Positions 11,585-20,938 of a DNA stretch of 64,000 nt are shown piece after piece (position 1 is the stretch's first letter; each line of letters opens with the position of its first letter). The position numbers and the translations under genes are program-made. Under the pieces are notes generated by a model. The model had not been told where the DNA came from and made no database searches. It worked only from the letters and a program-made list of their open reading frames with translations. Source of the DNA: Candidatus Eiseniibacteriota bacterium (GTDB lineage Bacteria > Eisenbacteria > RBG-16-71-46); assembly GCA_038231135.1 (NCBI GenBank), contig JBBRLX010000006.1, forward strand, positions 20,161 to 84,160, given 5' to 3'.

Positions 11585-12222
11585 CCGGATCCAAGGCCGC
11601 GCCGGCGATGACCGCGGCGCCGCGCAGGACCGGAACGATCCGGCTTACGGTGCGCTACCTCGCGGTCGCGATCGCGGCCGCCGCGGTCAGCGCGATCGCG
11701 CAGCGCGGCGGCGCGCCGGCGTGGCTCGGGTACCTGGGCTCCGCGATCGTCGTGATCGTGTCGATCGCGTGGATCGAGACCCGGCGCCGCACCGCGCGGG
11801 CCAGGGCGGACGACCCCGACCTGCGGCTGTTCCATGCCGACGCGCCGCGCGAGCGGCTGCTCGCGCTGCTCGCGGCGCTCGAGCGGGCCGAGCGGCCGCG
11901 CGCGGGGGTGGGCGTGGGGATTCCGCCCGGGACCGGCAAGCTGTGGATCCGTCACGTCGAAGGGGCGTTCGAGGTCCACGTGTTCGCGGTGAGCGCCGCG
12001 GACGGCGCCCAGCTCGAGCGCATGATCGCGCTGCTCAAGCGCAGCGCCGCGGTGCGCGCGGTCGCGTCGGGCGCGCCCCGCGTGGCCGCATTCCGGGCGG
12101 TGCTCGGCGCCGGGATGCTGAACGGGATCGTGGTCCAGATGCTCGAGGACGAGCGCACCCCGTCGGCGACGCGCGACGTTCAGCTATGGTGGAGCGTGAC
12201 GCTCGGGGACGCACCCGGCTAG
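11581..12222 (+). CDS. Hypothetical membrane protein
   Basis: In-frame start at the lptD stop (GTGA). Two predicted TM segments. No motif. The start is uncertain. Confidence 0.35.
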   Translation: MTGSKAAPAMTAAPRRTGTIRLTVRYLAVAIAAAAVSAIAQRGGAPAWLGYLGSAIVVIVSIAWIETRRRTARARADDPDLRLFHADAPRERLLALLAALERAERPRAGVGVGIPPGTGKLWIRHVEGAFEVHVFAVSAADGAQLERMIALLKRSAAVRAVASGAPRVAAFRAVLGAGMLNGIVVQMLEDERTPSATRDVQLWWSVTLGDAPG

Positions 12223-13037
12223 GCCAGTCCCCACTCCTCCAGGTCGTCCTCGTCGAGCCCCAGCAGATGGCCGACCTCGTGCTGCACGGTCACGCGCACC
12301 TCCTTCTGCAGCTCCTCGCGCGAATGACACACGCGCAGCAGGTTGCGCCGGAACAGGTAGATCGCGCCGGGACCGCTCGCCACGTCCTGGGTGGTGCGGC
12401 TCATCAGGTCGCGCCCCACGAACAATCCGAGGATGTCGGGCGGCAGCGGCGGATTCTCGGAGGTCAGTACGTCGAGCAGCGGCAGCGGCTGCACCAGCAC
12501 CGGGAATTCGTCGAGGTGCTTGCGGACCTGCGGCGGCAACTCGGCCAGGCTGTCCTCCACGAGCTGGTCGAACTCCGCGTCGGTGTACTCCAGCGCCGGC
12601 GGGAAGTTCTCGGGGTCGAGGTCGTGGGCCTCCTCCGCGTGTTCCGCCGCGCCGCCCGCGTCGCCGAGGTGCTCGAGCGTGCGCGACAGCAGATCGTGCG
12701 CGTCGGCGAACTCGGGGCGCACGGCGAGCGACCGCTCCGCGTCGTCCCGCGCGGACTCGAGCTTGCACAGGTCGAACTCGGCGCTGGCGCGCAGGTGGAA
12801 GAACAGCGCGGGATCCGCAGACATCTCGGCGCCATCGAGCGCCGCGAGCGCCAGCGTGGGCTCGCCCTCCTCGAGCGCGATCGCCGCATCCACGATGCGC
12901 ACGTCGGCGTGCCGCGCCCGCGCCCGGAACCGCATCTTGAGCTCGCGCCGGGCGGCCTCGGCGTCGCCGTTCTCGAGCAGGTCCCAGATCTTGCTCAGCT
13001 CGTCCCAGTCCGTCTCGGACAGTGTCTCGAAGTGCAC
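12219..13037 (-). CDS. Zincin-like metallopeptidase family protein (DUF1025-type, HExGH) with N-terminal TPR-like region
   Basis: C-terminal TVQHEVGHLLGLDEDDLEEWG matches the zincin HExxH family. Confidence 0.65.
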   Translation of the reverse strand: MHFETLSETDWDELSKIWDLLENGDAEAARRELKMRFRARARHADVRIVDAAIALEEGEPTLALAALDGAEMSADPALFFHLRASAEFDLCKLESARDDAERSLAVRPEFADAHDLLSRTLEHLGDAGGAAEHAEEAHDLDPENFPPALEYTDAEFDQLVEDSLAELPPQVRKHLDEFPVLVQPLPLLDVLTSENPPLPPDILGLFVGRDLMSRTTQDVASGPGAIYLFRRNLLRVCHSREELQKEVRVTVQHEVGHLLGLDEDDLEEWGLA

Positions 13038-13354
13038 GCGCGCTCCCGAATTCCGTTTCGCGGCCGACCTGTGGCGCCTGGCAACCGCGCCGGACCACTG
13101 GTCGCGAGACTACGCTCGGGGGTTGGGCGGCGGCAATCGCGGGCCCGGACGGCGCCCGGCGCGCCGACGCCGCGCGTGGGCGCCCGATCCGAAACTACCG
13201 GGTCGAAGCTGCCGACGGTCCGGGTGGCTGTCAGCGATTCCGCAACTTGCGCAGCGCCCCAACCCGGGCCGGGGACGGCTCTTGCGCTTCGATCGGCGTC
13301 CCCGTAGACTCCCCGCAGGCTGGTCTGCAGAGTCCCAACGTCACCGGAGATTCC

Positions 13355-14779
13355 ATGAAGTCTCTTACCACCCGAATTCTTGCTGCTGCCGTGGTCGCCG
13401 TCGTGAGCTGGCTCGTGCTCGCCTCCGCCGCCGCGCCCCACTCGCTACAGCCGAACAAACTGGTCATCCTCTCGACAACGGACGTCAAGGGCAAGACCAG
13501 CCCCTGTGGCTGACACACGCCCAAGGGGGGTCTGGCCCGGCGGGCCAGTTTCGCAGACAGCGTAAAGCTCCAGTACAGCAACGTGCTGCTGGTCGATGCC
13601 GGAGGGTTCTTCCCCGAAGGCGCCACCGAGTACGACGTGGCGTGGTTCATGATGGACGCCATGAAGCTGCTCGGCACCGACGGCGTCGGCGTGGGTGAGC
13701 GCGACCTCAAGTACGGGCTCGCGTGGCTCAAGGGGCAGCAGAAGCGCACCGGACTCCCGATCGTGTCGGCGAACCTGCTCGACAAGAAGACCGGCAGGCC
13801 GGTGTTCGCGCCGTTCGTGATCAAGCGGGTCGGCACCGCGAAGGTGGGCATCTTCGGGCTGATCAGTGACAAGGTCGACCTCGGGCCGGCGCGGGATTCG
13901 CTCACCGCCCAGGACCCGATGGTGGCGGCGAAGAAGGCGATCGCCGACATGCACAAGGCCGGGGCGACGGTGATCGTGCTGCTGTCCCAGCTGGGCAAGG
14001 TCGAGAGCGAGGACCTCGTCACTGCGGTGGACGGCGTCGACGTTGTGATCGCGGGCCGCAACGTGCCGCTGATCCAGAAGGGCCGGCTGATCAAGAACAC
14101 GGTCGTGGCGTACGGCGGCGAGCAGGGCCAGTACGTCGGCCGCACGATCATCACGCTCGGGCCCGGCGGCAAGGCGACGGCCGGGGACGACGACATGTTC
14201 ATCCTGAGCCCCGAAGTCGGCGAGAAGCCCGAAGTGCTCGCGCTGGTCAAGAGCTTCGAGGACGCCTACAACGAGAAGCTGCGCAAGGGCCAGATGGATT
14301 CCGAGGCGTCGAAGGCGGTGGCGCAGGAGAACAATCCCGACCGCTACCTCGGAGCCGAGTTGTGCACGCGCTGCCATTCGTCCGAAGGTGAACAGTGGAA
14401 GACCACCGCGCATTCGCTGGCGTGGCAGACGCTGGTGAACGTGAAGAAGGACGCGACGCCCGAGTGCATCGGCTGCCATTCGGTCGGCTTCAACAAGTCG
14501 GGCGGCTTCACGAGCGCGACGGCGACGCCGCACCTCGAGAACGTGCAGTGCGAGAACTGCCACGGCATCGGCACCCAGCACGACTCGTTCGCGGCCACGC
14601 CGCACCCGGTGACGGCCGAGGTGTGCCAGACCTGCCACCATGGCGATAACGATCCCGACTTCAACTTTGCGAAGTACCTGCCGAAGATCGCGCACAGCAA
14701 CCTGTCCGGCGAGACGATCAAGAACATGAAGAACAAGATGTCGCCGGGAATGATGAAGGGGAGCGGCGGCACGAACTGA
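13355..14779 (+). CDS. Secreted degenerate 5'-nucleotidase/metallophosphatase-like domain fused to tetrahaem cytochrome c; contains one in-frame TGA (13511-13513), candidate selenocysteine or pseudogene
   Basis: ATG at 13355 with a signal peptide (MKSLTTRILAAAVVAVVSWLVLASAAAP), then LVILSTTDVKGKTSPCG-[TGA]-HTPKGGLARR...NVLLVDAGGFF. This resembles the start of the 5'-nucleotidase N-domain with metal ligands substituted. The C-terminus has four CxxCH motifs (CTRCH, CIGCH, CENCH, CQTCH). The segments 13355-13510 and 13514-14779 share a frame and are separated by a single TGA. Confidence 0.5.
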
Positions 14780-14838
14780 CCGCCGCACCGGCCCTGCCCT
14801 CGCCCCACACCATCGACTCCAGCCGGGAGCCGCAAGCT

Positions 14839-16230
14839 TTGACGAACGTGCTCGAGGGTGTTCGGTACTTCGAGAACATCCTGCAGACCGTCGGCAACAC
14901 GCCGCTCGTCCGCCTGCGCAACGTGGCGCGGGACTGCCCATGCCCGGTGCTCGCCAAGCTCGAATACTTCAATCCCGGCGGCAGCGTGAAGGACCGGATC
15001 GGGCTCGCGATGGTCGAGGCCGCGGAGCGCGACGGCAATCTCAAGCCCGGCGGGACGATCGTCGAGTGCACGTCGGGCAACACCGGCCTCGGGCTCGCGA
15101 TGGTGGCGTCGGTGCGGGGCTACCACGCGGTGTTCTGCATGCCGGACAAGGTGTCGAGCGAGAAGGTGAACCTGCTCAAGGCGTTCGGCGCCGAGGTGCT
15201 GCTGAGTCCCACCGCCGTCGAGCCCGACTCGCCCGAATCCTACTATTCGGTCGCGCGCCGCATCGCCGCCGAGCGGCCGGGCGCCTACCTCACGAACCAG
15301 TACCACAACCCGGCGAACCCGCTGGCGCACTACCTCACCACGGGACCCGAGTTGTGGCAGCAGACCGCGGGGCACATCACGCACTTCGTCGCCGGCATGG
15401 GCACGGGCGGCACGATCAGCGGCACCAGCCGCTATCTCAAGGAGCAGAATCCGCAGGTCCAGACCATCGGCGCCGATCCCGTCGGCTCGATCCTCAAGCA
15501 CTACCACGAGACGAAACAGCTCAGCGAAGCGCACACCTACAAGATCGAAGGCGTGGGCGAGGACTTCATCCCGAGCGCGACCGATTTCTCGGTGGTGGAC
15601 CGCGTGGTGGCGTGCAACGACCGCAACGGGCTCAACATGGCGCGCACGCTGGCGCGCGAGGAGGCGATCTTCGTCGGCGGCTCGGGCGGCATGGCCACGT
15701 GGGTCGCGATCGAGGTGGCGAAGGCGCTGCCGGCCGACAGCCTGGTCGTGGTGCTGCTGCCCGACACCGGCGAGCGCTACCTGAGCAAGGTGCACAACGA
15801 CGAGTGGATGCGCGACAACCATCTGCTCGACCCGACCGCCGCTTCGGCGGGGCAGATCGTCGACACCAAGAAGCGCAAGATCCCGAATCTTCTGTCGGTG
15901 CCGTCCGGCGCGTCGCTCAAGCAGGCGCTGGCGCTGGTCGAACAGCACGAGATCAGCCAGATCCCGGTCGTCGACGGCGACACGGTGATCGGCACGCTCG
16001 AGGAGAGCGACATCCTCAAGCTGGCGATGTCCGATCGCGCCGCGCTCGATCGTCCGGTGAACGCGTGGATGAAGCCGCCGCTGCCGATGGTGAACGCGGA
16101 CGAGCACGTCGACCAGGTCACGCGGCTGCTGGTGCGGGAGCCGGCGGTGCTCGTGAAACGCGAAGGCCGTGTGGTCGGCATCCTGACGCGCTACGACATG
16201 CTGCAGTTCATCGCCGGAGGCGAGGGATGA
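14839..16230 (+). CDS. Cystathionine beta-synthase (PLP-dependent, with C-terminal CBS-domain pair)
   Basis: The PLP lysine region (GGSVKDRIG), CTSGNTGLGLAM, and a C-terminal CBS pair. Confidence 0.85.
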   Translation: MTNVLEGVRYFENILQTVGNTPLVRLRNVARDCPCPVLAKLEYFNPGGSVKDRIGLAMVEAAERDGNLKPGGTIVECTSGNTGLGLAMVASVRGYHAVFCMPDKVSSEKVNLLKAFGAEVLLSPTAVEPDSPESYYSVARRIAAERPGAYLTNQYHNPANPLAHYLTTGPELWQQTAGHITHFVAGMGTGGTISGTSRYLKEQNPQVQTIGADPVGSILKHYHETKQLSEAHTYKIEGVGEDFIPSATDFSVVDRVVACNDRNGLNMARTLAREEAIFVGGSGGMATWVAIEVAKALPADSLVVVLLPDTGERYLSKVHNDEWMRDNHLLDPTAASAGQIVDTKKRKIPNLLSVPSGASLKQALALVEQHEISQIPVVDGDTVIGTLEESDILKLAMSDRAALDRPVNAWMKPPLPMVNADEHVDQVTRLLVREPAVLVKREGRVVGILTRYDMLQFIAGGEG

Positions 16231-17399
16231 CCGACGACGCGCTCACCCCCACGTCGGGCTTTTCCACGCGCGCCGTGCACGCGGGGCAGATGCCCGATCC
16301 CACCACGGGCGCCGTGGTGGTGCCGATCTACCAGACGTCAACGTATGCCCAGGAGGCGCTGGGCAAGAACACGGGCTTCGAGTACGCGCGCACCCACAAC
16401 GCGACCCGGTCCGCGCTCGAGGGCAACCTGGCGTCGCTCGAAGGCGGCCGCCACGGGCTGTGCTTCGCGTCGGGACTCGCCGCCACCACCACCCTGATGC
16501 ACACGCTGTCGGCGGGCGACCACGTGATCGCCGGCGACAATCTCTACGGCGGCACCTACCGGCTGTTCGAGCGCGTGTTCCGCAGGTTCGGCCTCACGTT
16601 TACGTACGTGAGCGGCACCGACAGCGCCGAGATCGAGCGCGCGTTCACGCCCGAGACGAAGCTGGTGTTCGTCGAGACGCCGACGAACCCGATGATGCGG
16701 CTCGTCGATCTGGCCGCGGTGAGCGAGGCCGCGCACCGGCGCCAGGCGCTGGTGGCCGTCGACAACACGTTCATGACCCCGTATTTCCAGCGTCCGCTCG
16801 AATTCGGCGCGGACGTGGTGCTGCACTCGGTCACCAAGTACCTCAATGGCCACAGCGACATGGTGGGGGGGGCTCTGGTGACGAGCCACGAGGAGCTGGC
16901 GACGCAGCTGCGGTTCCTCCAGAACGCGGCGGGGTCGGTGCCGGGGCCCATGGACTGCTGGCTGGCGCTGCGCGGCACGAAGACGCTGGCGCTCCGCATG
17001 GAGCGGCACAACTCGAACGCCATCGCGCTGGCACGCTCGCTGGCCGCGCACCCGGGCGTCCAGCGCGTGTTCTATCCGGGGCTCGACAGTCACCCCCAGC
17101 ACGAGCTGGCGAAGCGGCAAGCCAGCGGATTCGGCGGCATGATCTCGTTCGTCCCGGGGGACGGATCCCTCGAGACCGGCCGCCGGGTGTTCGACCGGTT
17201 CCGGCTGTTCACCCGCGCCGAGAGCCTGGGCGGTGTCGAGAGCCTGGTGTGCCACCCGGCGTCGATGACGCACGCCTCCGTGCCCCGCGACCACCGGCTC
17301 GCCATGGGATTCGCCGACGGGCTGCTGCGGCTGTCCGTGGGGATCGAGGACCTCGATGATCTGCGCGCGGACCTCGCGCAGGCGCTCCAGGAAGGATAA
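16227..17399 (+). CDS. Cystathionine gamma-lyase / gamma-synthase family PLP enzyme (Cys/Met metabolism)
   Basis: Overlaps the CBS stop by ATGA. Shows AVHAGQ...TSTY, the PLP-lysine region SVTKYLNGHSDMVGG, and VGIEDLDDLRADL at the C-terminus. Confidence 0.85.
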   Translation: MTDDALTPTSGFSTRAVHAGQMPDPTTGAVVVPIYQTSTYAQEALGKNTGFEYARTHNATRSALEGNLASLEGGRHGLCFASGLAATTTLMHTLSAGDHVIAGDNLYGGTYRLFERVFRRFGLTFTYVSGTDSAEIERAFTPETKLVFVETPTNPMMRLVDLAAVSEAAHRRQALVAVDNTFMTPYFQRPLEFGADVVLHSVTKYLNGHSDMVGGALVTSHEELATQLRFLQNAAGSVPGPMDCWLALRGTKTLALRMERHNSNAIALARSLAAHPGVQRVFYPGLDSHPQHELAKRQASGFGGMISFVPGDGSLETGRRVFDRFRLFTRAESLGGVESLVCHPASMTHASVPRDHRLAMGFADGLLRLSVGIEDLDDLRADLAQALQEG

Positions 17400-17463
17400 A
17401 CATTTGTGCCGTGGTGTTTTCCCCGGACCGAACCCCTCGAAACCTCCGGGAACAGAAACACAG

Positions 17464-17492
17464 TTGACAAATCGGAGCCGTCGCTCATAGCC
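17464..17492 (+). promoter_or_regulatory. Candidate sigma70-like promoter (TTGACA-17 bp-ATAGCC)
   Basis: ttgacaaatcggagccgtcgctcatagcc. A good -35 and a weak -10. Confidence 0.3.
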
Positions 17493-17602
17493 TTTCGCGC
17501 GTTTTGGTCGGCTGGATCCCGGCGATGATTCCTTCGTGCATCGCGCCTAACGAGCATCGCGCACGACAACTTGCAGCCCATGGGGCCGATGCCACCGCCT
17601 TG

Positions 17603-17636
17603 GGACACCTCAGCAGGGTGTCCTTGATTTTGATCG
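17603..17636 (+). terminator. Rho-independent terminator-like hairpin (GGACACC-7nt-GGTGTCC + TTGATTTTGATCG)
   Basis: A perfect 7-bp stem followed by a U-rich tract. It lies about 110 nt downstream of the candidate promoter and about 50 nt upstream of the lipoprotein gene start. Confidence 0.4.
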
Positions 17637-17686
17637 TGAGAGAAAAACCAGGGGCCGCTACGGCGGCGATTCCGAGAGGAGGTGAA

Positions 17687-17884
17687 ATGAAAACCATGCG
17701 GAAGAATTTCGCGCTCGTGATGGTGGCTCTGCTGTCGCTGACCATCGCGTTGGCTGTCGCAGGCTGCGGGAAGAAGGCTGAGGAGACGTCCACCACCTCG
17801 ACCGAGACGACCACGCCGGCGATGTCGGACACCTCCTCCATGATGCACGACAGCACGATGGCCGATACCGGCTCCCACAAGTAG
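17687..17884 (+). CDS. Small lipoprotein (Ser/Thr-rich, 65 aa)
   Basis: RBS gagaggagg precedes the ATG. Signal peptide plus lipobox LAVAGC. Confidence 0.5.
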   Translation: MKTMRKNFALVMVALLSLTIALAVAGCGKKAEETSTTSTETTTPAMSDTSSMMHDSTMADTGSHK

Positions 17885-17913
17885 ATCGGGCCAGTCGTCG
17901 AGGAGAATCATCG

Positions 17914-17953
17914 GGAGGGGAGAATCCATCGGGAGGCTCCCCTCCTTCATTTT
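17914..17953 (+). terminator. Rho-independent terminator (GGAGGGGA...TCCCCTCC + TTCATTTT)
   Basis: 8-bp GC stem with a U-tract, immediately after the lipoprotein stop. Confidence 0.45.
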
Positions 17954-18039
17954 GTCCCCGTCCGGGGCCGGTTCGTGCCCCTGTCCCGAAACCCTGGGCC
18001 CCTCCCGTCCGTATGTCCTGCACAGAGGAGGAATTCCCG

Positions 18040-19104
18040 GTGAGGAACATACGGCTGGCGGTGCTGGTTCTGGCGGTTCTCGGGGTGCTCCCCCGCATGG
18101 CGGGGGCCGAGACCCGGCAGGAGCAGAGCACCCTCGACATCCCGGTGGCCGGCATCCGGTCGCTGCGGGTCGAGAATGGCCGGGGGCTCGTCACCGTGTC
18201 CCGCGGCGCCGGATCCCGGATCCACCTCACCGCCCTCAAGATCGTGCGCTCCCGGGACGACGCGTGGGCCCGCCGGGTGGCGCGGCAGACCCAGGTCGAA
18301 ACGGACATGAGGGGCGGCGAGTATGAGATTCGGGTCGTGTATCCTCAGCGCCAGGCGATCCGGGTGCGGTTCTGGGACCTGTTCTCGGACTTCGAATTCC
18401 CCAACATCGAGGTGCGGCTGGCGATCGAAGTGCCCGACGGGCTGCCGCTGACGCTCGAATCCACGAGCGGTGACCTGATCTCCTCGGGGGTGCGCGCGAC
18501 CCAGGTGCTGGAATCGACGAGCGGCGACGTCACGGTGACCGGTGCGGCCACCGTGAACGCGTCCAGCACCAGCGGCGACGTGCACATCTCGGATGCCGGC
18601 CCGTCACGCGTCCGCACCGTGAGCGGCGACCTCGTGGCCCAGCGCATGCGCGGCCCGCTGGCGGCAAGCACCACGAGCGGCGACGTGCGGGTGAGCGAGA
18701 GCGCGGACTCGCTCGTCCTCGCCACGGTGAGCGGGGACATCACGGTGGACGCGGCGCCCCGCGGGCTCGAGCTGTCCACGACCAGCGGCACCGTGGACGT
18801 GCGACGCGCGTCGGGCATCGTCCGCGTGCAGAGCACCAGCGGAGACGCGGCGCTGGGATTCGTCGCGCCGGTCCGTCGCACGCAGATCGTCACCGGCAAC
18901 GGCGACGTGCGCCTCCGGTTCGCCCCGGCGCTCGCGTACTCGCTCGATCTCGCCACATCGAGCGGCGAGATCCAGGTCGAGGTTCCGCTCGACGTCGAGA
19001 ACGTCACGCGCCACAGACTCACGGGAGTCGTGCGGCACGGCGCCACGCCGATCGTCGTGCACACGGTATCGGGAGACATCAGCATCGCGGAGGGGGCACG
19101 ATGA
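18040..19104 (+). CDS. DUF4097-type beta-helical 'putative adhesin' family secreted protein (TSGD repeats)
   Basis: RBS gaggagg precedes the GTG. Signal peptide. Repeated (S/T)(S/T)SGD(V/L)xV units, typical of the YvlB/DUF4097 family. Confidence 0.65.
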   Translation: MRNIRLAVLVLAVLGVLPRMAGAETRQEQSTLDIPVAGIRSLRVENGRGLVTVSRGAGSRIHLTALKIVRSRDDAWARRVARQTQVETDMRGGEYEIRVVYPQRQAIRVRFWDLFSDFEFPNIEVRLAIEVPDGLPLTLESTSGDLISSGVRATQVLESTSGDVTVTGAATVNASSTSGDVHISDAGPSRVRTVSGDLVAQRMRGPLAASTTSGDVRVSESADSLVLATVSGDITVDAAPRGLELSTTSGTVDVRRASGIVRVQSTSGDAALGFVAPVRRTQIVTGNGDVRLRFAPALAYSLDLATSSGEIQVEVPLDVENVTRHRLTGVVRHGATPIVVHTVSGDISIAEGAR

Positions 19105-20849
19105 ACAGGAAGCCACGGCTATGGGAGGCGCTGCTCGCGGCGGCGCTGGTGGGAGTGGTGGTGTGGGGAGTCGCGGGTTCGTTCGTGGTGCCCCTGGGCC
19201 GCGCGGCGTGCGGTGGCCCCGCGTGGGTCGTGAACGGTCTCCCGCTGCGCCGGGAAGCGCGCGTGCTGTCGCAGGTGCGGCGGCAGGCACTGTGGGCGCT
19301 CGGCCACTGGAGCGCGCCGCCGGCGTCCGCGGACGTGCTGCCGTTCAAGCCGGTGCCGCCCGAGAGCGTGTCGCAGTTCGAGCGGCGCACGCGGACGCGG
19401 ATGCACGGACATCGGGCGCCGGCCACTCCGCCCGCGCCCGACGCCGTCGCCGCGCCCGACGCGCCCGATGCTCCCGACGAGCCGGACACGCCCGACTCGA
19501 TCACGACGCCGCTGCCGCCGTCGCCGCCCGGCAAGTCCGGCAACATCACCCGGCTGGGCTCCGACATCTACATCGCGCCCGACCAGGTCGTGGTGGGCGA
19601 CGTGGTCGCGGTCGGCGGCGACGTCACGGTCGCAGGGCACGTCGAGGGTGACGTGGCCTCGATGGGCGGCGACGTGTCGCTCAAGGCCACCGCGCGCGTG
19701 GACGGCGACGTGGTATCGATGGGCGGCCGGCTGCTCGAGGAACCGGGTGCGTCCGTGGGCGGCCAGCGCGTGAGCGGGCTCGGCTCGCACCGCACGCGGA
19801 TCCGGCAGGTGACGAGCCACATGGTGGAGCGTGGCACGGGCAGGTTCGTGGCCTCGCTGATCTGGCTGCTGATACTGCTCGGGCTCGCGTGGGGGTTCAC
19901 CCGGCTGGGCCCGGGACGCACCCGCGACGCCGCCGACACCCTGCGGCGTGAGCCCGCGGTATCGCTCGGCGTGGGCGCCCTGATCTTCGCGCTGATCGTG
20001 CCGTCGGTGGTGGCGCTGGCGCTGGTGGTCGCGATCCTGTGCATCACGATCATCGGGATTCCGTTCGGCCTCGCGGCGCTGCTGGCGTACGCCATGTTCC
20101 TGTGCCTGTTATGGGGCTGGGGATTCGTGATCGCCGCGGTGGTCATCGGCCAGACCATACTGGGCCGCACCGGCGCTCATCCTCATCTGTCGGGCTACGG
20201 CGCGGTGCCGCCGGGCGGTACCGGAGCCCCCGCGCCGTACGCGCCGGCACCGGGCTATGCTCCGGCACCCGGGTACGCCGCCACGCCAGGCTACGCTCCC
20301 GCGCCCGGTGCTCCCGGTGTCCCCGGCATGGCACCGTGGATCCCCGCGCCGCCGTCGCTCACGCGATGCGCGGTGGTGGGTATCCTGTTCCTTGGCGCGT
20401 CCAACCTGCTGGGCCGCATGTTCCAGGCGATCGGGCCGCTGCACGCCCTGGGGACGCTGATCCACGTGCTGGCGTCCATCGCCGGCCTGGTGGCGATCAC
20501 GTTCGGCTCGGGGGCGTGGCTGCGCACCGAGATTCGCGCCGGCACGGTGGCGCGCTGGTGGCGCGGCAGCCAGTGGGGCCGCGGCTCGTCCGGCCCGGTG
20601 CCGCCGGTGGGCGGCGTCCCGCCCGGAGCCGCACCCGCGTCCGCGGCGGGCGCCGCCTATGGGGCGAATCCCTACGCCAGCTCGGCGTCGACTCCGGCTG
20701 CGGCTCCCTATGCGGCTCCCGGACCGCCGCCGTCCGGCGGCTCGGGATGGGAAACCCCATCCGCGCCTCCGCCACCGCCGCCGTCGGCCTACATGCCGCC
20801 GCGGCCGCCCGAGCCACCGGAGCCGCCGCCCTCGGCCCCGGTCGCCTGA
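19101..20849 (+). CDS. Membrane protein with GDV-repeat beta-helical (bactofilin/DUF4097-like) periplasmic segment, polytopic TM region and Pro-rich C-terminus
   Basis: ATGA overlap with the upstream gene. Shows GDVVAVGGDVTVAGHVEGDVASMGGDVSL, four or more TM helices, tandem PAPGYA repeats and a C-terminal PPPPPS tract. Confidence 0.6.
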   Translation: MNRKPRLWEALLAAALVGVVVWGVAGSFVVPLGRAACGGPAWVVNGLPLRREARVLSQVRRQALWALGHWSAPPASADVLPFKPVPPESVSQFERRTRTRMHGHRAPATPPAPDAVAAPDAPDAPDEPDTPDSITTPLPPSPPGKSGNITRLGSDIYIAPDQVVVGDVVAVGGDVTVAGHVEGDVASMGGDVSLKATARVDGDVVSMGGRLLEEPGASVGGQRVSGLGSHRTRIRQVTSHMVERGTGRFVASLIWLLILLGLAWGFTRLGPGRTRDAADTLRREPAVSLGVGALIFALIVPSVVALALVVAILCITIIGIPFGLAALLAYAMFLCLLWGWGFVIAAVVIGQTILGRTGAHPHLSGYGAVPPGGTGAPAPYAPAPGYAPAPGYAATPGYAPAPGAPGVPGMAPWIPAPPSLTRCAVVGILFLGASNLLGRMFQAIGPLHALGTLIHVLASIAGLVAITFGSGAWLRTEIRAGTVARWWRGSQWGRGSSGPVPPVGGVPPGAAPASAAGAAYGANPYASSASTPAAAPYAAPGPPPSGGSGWETPSAPPPPPPSAYMPPRPPEPPEPPPSAPVA

Positions 20850-20938
20850 GACGGCGCACCCGAATTCGTACCCGCGCCCGGGATCCCCTAGGATCCCGGG
20901 CGCTTCGACTTGCCGGGAGGTGATCGATCGAGAGTTCG

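Noticed and set aside
20889-20914. Near-perfect palindrome cccgggatcccctaggatcccggg between the membrane-protein gene and hyuA
   Set aside because: It could be a terminator stem or an operator, but there is no U-tract and no recurrence elsewhere in the window. There is too little evidence to call a function.
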